64,000 nt of DNA, taken from the IMG/VR virus record IMGVR_UViG_3300037247_001786, positions 96,001 to 160,000 of that record. One strand, written 5' to 3'. The position numbers and the translations under genes are program-made. Source of the stretch: a virus. Its lineage: Duplodnaviria; Caudoviricetes. Shown piece after piece: positions 56,230 to 64,000 of this stretch (positions are counted from its first letter, which is position 1; the number at the start of each line of letters is the position of its first letter). The notes below the pieces were generated by a model. The model did not search any database, was not told where the DNA came from, and saw only the letters and a list, made by a program, of their open reading frames with translations.

Positions 56230-59200
56230 ATGCCTACAAGCGAATATAATGAATATAATGTTGAAAGTGGCGGAGGTCTATGGTACTATAAGCAAGACAA
56301 ACCAGGATCCGAATGGTTTGATAATGCCAGCAATAGCTCTGGCTGGACTGTTGACTTTAATTTAAAAGTTACTGATGTTAGCGACAGTATAGATAGCTTG
56401 TCAGAAGACGCTTTAGATGGAGCTGGTATATATGTAAATGACGGAACGGCTCAAGAGTCTATAACATTTCTTACTCAAGAAATTATTTTTAAAAATTCTA
56501 ATGAAAAAATAGTTTATGATACCACTGTCGAAACTAATTACAGATTACTGGGTAAAGATGGGGGATTGCAACTTTTTGCCAGAGCTTCATCCAATACTAC
56601 GGATCCGTATTCTTTAATAGCTCAAACTTCATTTCAAAATCTATCTAGCTTGGAGGCTAATGGACATAGCCCGTCTGTAACGGAAGATATTGATGGTAAT
56701 TTTCATGCGGTATGGAAGGATGACGGAAATAAGATAGGACAAATATTTTATTCTAAGTTTACAGATAAGTGGTCAACTCCAGAATTAATAAGCGATAATC
56801 TTTATGGAGTAGGCTCTCCAAAAATAATTATCAATAACGACAATATTATTTTCGTTACATATGAATTTTTTAATGTCTCGAATTCTTCTATCGCTTTAGT
56901 ATATAAAAATGAGATAGGTTGGAGTAATCCTTATTTTATGGGGACAGGTTTTGGAGATGCTAAAAACCCTGTAATAACTTTTGATAGTCAATATAATGTT
57001 ATAGTAGCATGGCAAGATCATCGCTTTGCTAATCCAGAAATATATTTAAATAAGCTATCAATAGATACTCTTTCTATTGGAGATGACTTAAGGGTTACGG
57101 ATGAATCATATTTTGTAGTTAATCCAGCTATTTCTTCATATATGGATGAGGTATTTATTACATGGACAAAGGTAGACACAGATAGCACTTCTTTTATTCA
57201 AGTAGCAAAATATAATTCTATGTTAGAGACAGTCTCTTCGGCAGTTGATTTAACCTCTGTCGGAGGCGATTCAGGCTTTTCAGATGTAATAGTAAATTCT
57301 TCAGGAGAGGTTTTAACAGTTTGGCACGATACGGTTGATGGAAGAAGGGATATTTATGCTTCTGTTTTAAATCTTAATTTAGACATTATTATTTCTTCCT
57401 ACACCGTAACTGATCCTTTACAGACTAACGGAGGAAGCTCGTTCCCTGTTCTTTCTGAACAATCGTCAACAGGGGATATTTATATAGTTTGGCAAGATTA
57501 TCTTACAGATTACACTTCATTTTTTGATGCAGATGAGTATGATCCATATAGTGCTCTTGTAACTGATATTTCTACTCCTCCTTCTTCAGCTATATTTTAC
57601 GCTACTTACGGAGGAGGTGCTTTTCATTCTAGCGGCAGTGGAGAGACAGATACTCAAATAGATTTTCAAGGATCTGTATACGCTTTCCATCCAGCATCTC
57701 CTATCTTATTTTCTGGGACTATTCCTATCTTGTACGAAGCCTACAACGTTAACGAAGATGGATTTTTATATACTGATCAGATGTTTAAATACATAAGCTC
57801 ATATAATCTATTAGACGAATACAATGAGGTCGGTCCTTTTGCGGTAAGTGGCAAAAGAAATAGAAAAGAAATTAGATTTGGAGATTATGCTAAAAATCTT
57901 AATGTACATTATATATTTAAGAATTTTAAATATTACCTTGAAGATGCAGTTGTTCCATATTACCTAACAGAGATATCGGCTAGTAATTTTTCCTTTATTA
58001 ATACTTTAAATTCTAATGATATCGCTATTAATAATTACGGCGATGTTTGGATGGTTGGGACATGCGGTATGTTTTATTATATAAGTAAAGATGGAGGATT
58101 GGCACTAGTTGGTCCAGATGAAGATAACGGAGTGGAGGCTCCTATATCAGGGCATGTCAAGTCAATTGATTTTGATAAGCAAAATACACTACACGTTGTT
58201 GCTAGTGATGGCATCTATGCCAGTAAGGAACATATTAGATGTTATACTAAAGTTGTATCTGCTTCTAATATTAATGTATTATCATTTGATAAAGATAATA
58301 ATTTATTTTTTGGGGAAGGGTCAACTCTTTATAAATATACTGTTGATCCGTATGCTCTTATCAGCTCAATTAGTATGGCAGGGACAATTACCTCCATAGA
58401 GGTTGATGATAATAATATCGTTTGGGTGGGAACAACGAATGGTCTTTATAGGGTGTATAATAATGCTAGTATAAGATACACTACTTCGAATGGGCTTATA
58501 TCTAATAACGTAAATGATATAGCTATCAGGAATACTGCAATTAGATATATAGCTACTGCTACAGGGATTAATAAAATGATAGGCACAGCATTTGACAGAG
58601 AAATTAGGTCATCTAATGATGCGATATGGAATGAAAACGTAAAGTCAATAATGTGGCAAGACCCTAATGTTCTATGGGCTGGCACATTATCACAAGTTAA
58701 TCAAGTACTAATAGATGATATAACCGAAACATATGAAACTTTTATTTATGAGCCTGTCTCTTCTCGAACAATAAGAGAAGACGATTTACAGCAGTATTAT
58801 ATTTTGCTGGGAGATAATCCAAGAATATCCAAAAGCGACATTCTTGAAGTTTATATTAATGGAACACTAATTCACCATGGATATTCTCTTGGAGCAGATA
58901 GATTAGCTACTGATGTTATAGAAGATGCGGAACAGGTTTTATTATTTGAGACTCCTCTGTTACATGGAGACGTAGTCGAGATATTAGTTAGAAATGATTT
59001 AAGGATAAGGGCATCTTTTGAACAAGAATTAGAAGAAAAAGTAGTTTCTGGGGAAAGGCTAATTAGGATAAAAGACCTAGATGTTGGTAATGATATTTAT
59101 ATTATAACGGAAGGAGACGAAAACGAAGTTAAGGTAAATGATTCTAACACAGATATACCTTTTGATCAAGTTCATTTAGACTCGACTCCCCCAACAGGAA

Positions 59201-61989
59201 CTATTGACATTCCTGATAATGCACAGGTTGATCAAACAAAAATCCAGGTTGATATTACCGGAACAGATACTTTTGAAGGTGTCGCTGGTTCTGGAGTTAG
59301 CCAAATGATAGTTTCTAATTTTGAAAACTTTACAACAGATGGATTTTCGTCTCAAGATCCGGTCCCATTTGCAACTAGATATGAACACGATTTAGGATCT
59401 AGCACTCAAGATATTTTATTTACCCCTGTTGATGCTGGTGCAGGGGCTGGAACTAGTATAAGGTCTCAAAGCGTTAGCGGAACAGATGAGCTTTTCTACA
59501 CGACATCCAATCCAGGTAGGGTTTATAAATATGATTCGTTTAATGAAGAATGGAATTTACTTTTTTCTTATGAAGATGATAATTATGTAGATTTTATTGT
59601 TAATTACAGCACAAAATTAATAGTTAGTGTTGGTCACGCTACGGACGTTGCCAAACTATATATTTATGAATACCAATTCGATTCTAATGGAGCTTTTTTA
59701 GGATATTCAGTTGGTGCTACTATCGCTGTTTCCGAATCTAGAATACATTGCTATCAGGTTCTTAATTCTTTATTCTATATAGGTACAGGTAAGGGATTGG
59801 GAGACGAATATGGGGATGGGTCAGGTAGCAACGGCGGAAAAGTTTATTACTATGATGAAACTATTTTGAGAGAATTGGTCAGAGATATAGATGACGATGT
59901 TTACTCTTTTGCAACGACGCCAGGTAGTGATAATTTAATAGCGGTGACAGGAGATTCTGGTTTTGTTTATGAAATAGACACTATCTCTGAGACAGCCTTT
60001 CCTGTTCACAACGATGTGGAGCCTCTAGTCTCTGCCTCTTTCATACAGCAAGGCGATGACGGTCTAGTATTTATAGGAGGGGCTGATAACGGGACGATAC
60101 GCAGGTCTAAAGTTAGTAGTAATTCTTATGATGTTTCTTTCAGAACAACTCCTGGCAAGATATCTTCTTTAAAGGTATTTCCAATAACAGAGGATAATAA
60201 AACTATAGATACTTTATACGCATCGGTAGGAAACGTATTGTATTATTTATCTACATCTGGAGCATGGGTGTGGAAATATACTCATACAGAAAATATTAAT
60301 GACATAACATTTAATTCTAATACTAATTTTATTCATATCATTTCAAATGGAGGAATCGTTAGGTTGGCTCCTACTCAGCAAGATAAGACCATATATCTAA
60401 AACTAATTGATAAGGCTGGGAACGAATCTTCCTTATACGACGATGAGGGAGAAATCAAAGACAATTTTACAGATAGTATCTCTATCTCAAATCTAGTTGA
60501 TTTTATAAATGAAAATAAAATATTTGAACTAGATGAACTTGGAAACACTGTTTTTACGTTAAGGGGAAGTAATAGTTTCTTCTCAGCAGATAGAGTGGAG
60601 CAAGAAAAAGGAGTATACACAAGTGAAATATTTGACGGAACAAATGATTTAGTAAAATGGGATTCAATATCATGGCAAGCGACCGAGATGGCAAATACAG
60701 AGATTAAAGTGTATATTCGATCATCTTCTTCTAGGATAGATATTTTGTTGGAAGATTGGATAGGTCCATACAATAACACTCAAGCGTCCGGAGTTGATAT
60801 AAGTCATTTTAGCGGACAATTTTTACAATTCAAAATAGAGCTTACAAGTGACGTTAAGGGAATTAGCCCTACATTCCATAAAGCTACTATTAGGTCTATC
60901 TCAAGTGAGGCTATACATTTCTTTACTACTAATTTTGCCTTAACAGGTAGGGTTCATAAAGGAATATTAACGAGCCAGAAATTAGTTCCTGTATCAGCAG
61001 ATGTCGTTTTTGGTATTAATACAACGAACTCTGTTAATTGGAATGATTATCAAATAGTTGATGAAAATAGGTTATTTAATGTTAATCAAATAGGGGAAAA
61101 TGTTAGAGTTGGTATAAAATTATTAAGTCCAAATAGGAATTTAACTGAAGCAGATGCATTTGATGAATACGGACCTTATAGTTCAGATCTTCATGTAAAT
61201 ACAATAGATTTTTCTTTGTTAAATAATACCGGGTCTTCTCAGGAATATCATTTTAAGATAACCTTATATGAAGATATTAATTTAGAAAACGAGGTGTACT
61301 CAGCTTATTCGTTTGATGACCAAGAAGGATTTAACGCCAATGGAGCGAAGATAGATAGTGACGGAGTAACAATTCCATATAATTCAGAAGCTGTAGTTTT
61401 ATTCACTGTCCCTGGGTCAGCGAATATAAAATGTAATACTTATTATTTCGTTAAAGTAGAGTCTATATATGATTTTGACGCAGAGGGAGAAGGAACTTTT
61501 GATACGGTTTCAGATGATTCTTCTTATATTGCAAGTTGCAGTTCTTCGTTTGTAGACGTAATTGATTTTAATTTTACAAATAATGAAGGGATTACAGGGG
61601 TCTTCGATTTTAGAATAAGATTTTATAGTGATCCAGAAAGAACAAATATATATAAAACTGTATTTAGTCAAAATGATAGGACAGGTTGGTTTGTGGACGA
61701 TGTCAATATTTCAGAGTCAGGGGTATCTATGTCTCCTTCTGAAACAGTTAATATTGTTTATAGACCTGACTTAGAAGATTTTGTAACAGGAACAAATTAT
61801 TACTTATCTATAGACGCTTGGGAAAATAATCAAGGGGAATATGTCTTCTCTTCCAACTCTTATACTTTCCAGGCTAGAGATGCTACAAGTTTAATATATT
61901 GTGGAGGTTACTCCGATGTTCCGGTAGTTAAAAACTTTGGAATTATGCTGGAATTAGAAGACAACCAATTCGTTACTTTAAATTTGTAA
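56230..61989 (+). CDS. Very large multidomain virion/adhesin protein (lectin-like, several beta-propellers)
   Basis: 1919 aa; WQDHRFANPEIY blades and ITSIEVDDNNIVWVGTTNGLYR / YTTSNGLISNNVNDI regulator-propeller-type repeats. Confidence 0.75.
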   Translation: MPTSEYNEYNVESGGGLWYYKQDKPGSEWFDNASNSSGWTVDFNLKVTDVSDSIDSLSEDALDGAGIYVNDGTAQESITFLTQEIIFKNSNEKIVYDTTVETNYRLLGKDGGLQLFARASSNTTDPYSLIAQTSFQNLSSLEANGHSPSVTEDIDGNFHAVWKDDGNKIGQIFYSKFTDKWSTPELISDNLYGVGSPKIIINNDNIIFVTYEFFNVSNSSIALVYKNEIGWSNPYFMGTGFGDAKNPVITFDSQYNVIVAWQDHRFANPEIYLNKLSIDTLSIGDDLRVTDESYFVVNPAISSYMDEVFITWTKVDTDSTSFIQVAKYNSMLETVSSAVDLTSVGGDSGFSDVIVNSSGEVLTVWHDTVDGRRDIYASVLNLNLDIIISSYTVTDPLQTNGGSSFPVLSEQSSTGDIYIVWQDYLTDYTSFFDADEYDPYSALVTDISTPPSSAIFYATYGGGAFHSSGSGETDTQIDFQGSVYAFHPASPILFSGTIPILYEAYNVNEDGFLYTDQMFKYISSYNLLDEYNEVGPFAVSGKRNRKEIRFGDYAKNLNVHYIFKNFKYYLEDAVVPYYLTEISASNFSFINTLNSNDIAINNYGDVWMVGTCGMFYYISKDGGLALVGPDEDNGVEAPISGHVKSIDFDKQNTLHVVASDGIYASKEHIRCYTKVVSASNINVLSFDKDNNLFFGEGSTLYKYTVDPYALISSISMAGTITSIEVDDNNIVWVGTTNGLYRVYNNASIRYTTSNGLISNNVNDIAIRNTAIRYIATATGINKMIGTAFDREIRSSNDAIWNENVKSIMWQDPNVLWAGTLSQVNQVLIDDITETYETFIYEPVSSRTIREDDLQQYYILLGDNPRISKSDILEVYINGTLIHHGYSLGADRLATDVIEDAEQVLLFETPLLHGDVVEILVRNDLRIRASFEQELEEKVVSGERLIRIKDLDVGNDIYIITEGDENEVKVNDSNTDIPFDQVHLDSTPPTGTIDIPDNAQVDQTKIQVDITGTDTFEGVAGSGVSQMIVSNFENFTTDGFSSQDPVPFATRYEHDLGSSTQDILFTPVDAGAGAGTSIRSQSVSGTDELFYTTSNPGRVYKYDSFNEEWNLLFSYEDDNYVDFIVNYSTKLIVSVGHATDVAKLYIYEYQFDSNGAFLGYSVGATIAVSESRIHCYQVLNSLFYIGTGKGLGDEYGDGSGSNGGKVYYYDETILRELVRDIDDDVYSFATTPGSDNLIAVTGDSGFVYEIDTISETAFPVHNDVEPLVSASFIQQGDDGLVFIGGADNGTIRRSKVSSNSYDVSFRTTPGKISSLKVFPITEDNKTIDTLYASVGNVLYYLSTSGAWVWKYTHTENINDITFNSNTNFIHIISNGGIVRLAPTQQDKTIYLKLIDKAGNESSLYDDEGEIKDNFTDSISISNLVDFINENKIFELDELGNTVFTLRGSNSFFSADRVEQEKGVYTSEIFDGTNDLVKWDSISWQATEMANTEIKVYIRSSSSRIDILLEDWIGPYNNTQASGVDISHFSGQFLQFKIELTSDVKGISPTFHKATIRSISSEAIHFFTTNFALTGRVHKGILTSQKLVPVSADVVFGINTTNSVNWNDYQIVDENRLFNVNQIGENVRVGIKLLSPNRNLTEADAFDEYGPYSSDLHVNTIDFSLLNNTGSSQEYHFKITLYEDINLENEVYSAYSFDDQEGFNANGAKIDSDGVTIPYNSEAVVLFTVPGSANIKCNTYYFVKVESIYDFDAEGEGTFDTVSDDSSYIASCSSSFVDVIDFNFTNNEGITGVFDFRIRFYSDPERTNIYKTVFSQNDRTGWFVDDVNISESGVSMSPSETVNIVYRPDLEDFVTGTNYYLSIDAWENNQGEYVFSSNSYTFQARDATSLIYCGGYSDVPVVKNFGIMLELEDNQFVTLNL

Positions 61990-61998
61990 AGAAAATAC

Positions 61999-64000
61999 AT
62001 GCCAATTAAAACAAGACATTACGGATTAGAAGCTTTCTCATTTGGAGATTTTTATTCAGCCGCCGCTGATCAAAGAAGATTTACTTCAATAGATAGTCAA
62101 TTAGGGTTATTATCTGATATTATTGGTCCAGGCAAGATAGAGGGTTGGGATATAGAAATTGTGGACAGACCAACTCGTTCTTTGAAAGTAACTGAAGGAA
62201 TGGGTATTATCGGGAGAACGGTATATCTTTCTTTCGGCGAGATGGAATTTAACATGCTGAATAACCAGACGAAATATGTCTATATGAAAAAAAAGACAGA
62301 TGAAATAGGAGGTTTTAGCGGTTCATCAAATATAGATTCTGCAATAGCTTCTGATAGTTCCCCTCCTGCATCTCCTGCTAATTTAATTTCTCCTCCAGAA
62401 GATAGCAGCAATAATCCTATTAATGAGCTAATCTCTTATAATCAAATAGCTTTTAGCTGGGATGCAAATTCCGAAGTTGATTTTAGCCATTATGTTGTAA
62501 CTAGAATAGGAGATCCAGAATACGGCGTTGCAAATGTCGAGACTATCACTACCGATACTTTGTTTATAGATACTGACTTATCTCAAAACACTTCTTATAT
62601 CTATCAAGTTATTGCTGTTGATTTTAGTGGGAATGAGAGTCCTCCATCTGATATAATCGTTTCAACTAACGTAGATACTCGTAACCCTTTGCCTCCTTTG
62701 TTTTTACAGGTATTTATTGGTAGCGAATCTGTCCAAGCGATATGGGATCATTCACCTTCTGGTTATGTAGAATTCTATGAGGTTTCTGCTCAGTTATTAG
62801 ATAGCAATTATGATGCTGATGGAGATCCAGTTATCCTATCTCTTATCGATGCTAATTCATTAGAAGAGTTTGGGTCTACTTATTCATTTATAGATGATTT
62901 AGCTAACGATCGCTATTATAATATATCAGTTAGATCTTTAAGTTTCGGTGGGCAATATTCTCAAGAAATATTTAAAATAGTAAAACCAAGATTTAGTACA
63001 GGGGCTGGAGAAGTTCGGGATATAGTTGCCGAGTTTCCAGAAAGCATATTTGAGAACGTAAAATTAGAAACAGATATTTCATGGTCACATGTATTCGACC
63101 CATATTTCTCTTCACCAGATCAGTTTTTAGTAACATTTGTAGAAAATGGAATACGGTCATCCGAACCCATTTCCGTTTTGGCATCTGAAGCTTTAGCTCT
63201 TTGTGATAATTTAGAAGATGATAAACTTTGTTACTCTCATCACATTCAATTTATTCCTTATTTAGATCCAGATGACGGAGTCGTTAAATTCGAATCTATT
63301 AAAGAATACACTCCTTATCTTATAACTATACAAACATATGTCGAAGAAACGGACAGTACGAGCAACGGAGCTTTTTTAAGAGTAGATAGAACTCCGTCTT
63401 ACCAGCTTTTACCCGCTGTCTCTAATGCTGATATAGAAAGAAATACAAGTGATAATAGCATAATAGTTAGATGGGAAAATCCGCCCACTATATTTTTTAA
63501 TAATTGTAAAATTAGTGTGACTATAATAGATTTGAATGCAGTAGTTGACGACATCGTAATAGAAGACGATACAGATGTTGGGAAAGCAACAAGCTATGCC
63601 ATTCCTGGTAGTTATTTTGACGTAGACCAAAGATATATTTTTGAGATTACTCCTGTTGATATTTTTGAAAGGGATGGGCAATCTCTTTCTATTGCTGAAC
63701 AATTTACTGAAGATGAGTTGGATCCAAGACCTGAAAGTCCAGTTGGCAAAGATGTTGTTAATGGAGACGGAGTGGTAACTTTAACGTGGGGATTGGATCA
63801 TATAGAAGAGACTGTCTCGTATAAGATATATAGATCGTCGGCAACAAAAACTTTTTATCTATATACCGACTTTACTCTTATAGTAACTGTCGATGCAGAT
63901 GTAACAAAGTTAGTTGATTATGATGTTTTAAATGGCGGAACATATGCATATATGATAACTGCCGTTAATATATATGGGAATGAATCTTTAAATCCTGTAG
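61999..64000 (+). CDS. Fibronectin type III repeat virion protein (3' partial); not in the ORF track
   Basis: ATG 61999, frame reads as coding to the window end; FN3 motifs SWDANSEVDFSHY...YIYQVIAVDFSGNES and YAYMITAVNIYGNES. Confidence 0.85.
   Translation, partial: MPIKTRHYGLEAFSFGDFYSAAADQRRFTSIDSQLGLLSDIIGPGKIEGWDIEIVDRPTRSLKVTEGMGIIGRTVYLSFGEMEFNMLNNQTKYVYMKKKTDEIGGFSGSSNIDSAIASDSSPPASPANLISPPEDSSNNPINELISYNQIAFSWDANSEVDFSHYVVTRIGDPEYGVANVETITTDTLFIDTDLSQNTSYIYQVIAVDFSGNESPPSDIIVSTNVDTRNPLPPLFLQVFIGSESVQAIWDHSPSGYVEFYEVSAQLLDSNYDADGDPVILSLIDANSLEEFGSTYSFIDDLANDRYYNISVRSLSFGGQYSQEIFKIVKPRFSTGAGEVRDIVAEFPESIFENVKLETDISWSHVFDPYFSSPDQFLVTFVENGIRSSEPISVLASEALALCDNLEDDKLCYSHHIQFIPYLDPDDGVVKFESIKEYTPYLITIQTYVEETDSTSNGAFLRVDRTPSYQLLPAVSNADIERNTSDNSIIVRWENPPTIFFNNCKISVTIIDLNAVVDDIVIEDDTDVGKATSYAIPGSYFDVDQRYIFEITPVDIFERDGQSLSIAEQFTEDELDPRPESPVGKDVVNGDGVVTLTWGLDHIEETVSYKIYRSSATKTFYLYTDFTLIVTVDADVTKLVDYDVLNGGTYAYMITAVNIYGNESLNPV

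Noticed and set aside
27828-63702. Numerous 60-135 aa opposite-strand or alternate-frame ORFs inside the large genes (for example 28818-29225, 49670-50008, 54838-55173, 60375-60779)
   Set aside because: Fully nested in long, well-formed genes, with no SD, promoter or domain signal; expected shadow ORFs.
1-64000. tRNA, rRNA, transposase, integrase, terminase, major capsid genes
   Set aside because: None recognised by eye. A tRNAscan-SE/Infernal and HMM run would be needed to exclude divergent examples; head and packaging genes probably lie outside the window.

Overview
A 64 kb slice of a large, AT-rich tailed phage (Caudoviricetes; standard code 11, bacterial-type Shine-Dalgarno and sigma-type promoters). 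Bases 1-17.3 kb are an accessory region: free-standing LAGLIDADG, zinc-ribbon/Vsr-like and endonuclease VII nucleases, HTH proteins, a radical SAM enzyme, DUF1353, an inverted block of paralogous structural-looking genes, and then phoH. Bases 18-22.7 kb form an operon ending in an actin-fold ATPase. The rest is virion morphogenesis: head-tail connector, tail terminator, tail tube, a -1 frameshifted tail assembly chaperone plus a second chaperone paralog, tape measure, and over 30 kb of very large acidic tail-tip/adhesin proteins (propeller, LamG, CBM-like, FN3). An RHH-HNH-glycosyltransferase trio sits inside that cluster. Highlights: (1) two tandem cassettes that share promoters, leader peptide, CDTR tail and junction DNA but carry unrelated nucleases, each followed by an MNWYKQ-leader DNA-binding protein, inside nested direct repeats; (2) an actin-like protein resembling the volactin/Mad28 group with a candidate adaptor in a late-type operon; (3) two promoter classes read directly from the sequence, GTGATT-N10-TATAAT and a sigmaH-like AGG-N18-GAAT. 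No tRNA, rRNA, CRISPR array, integrase or reverse transcriptase was recognised. Family assignments come from motif recognition only; no database search was run.
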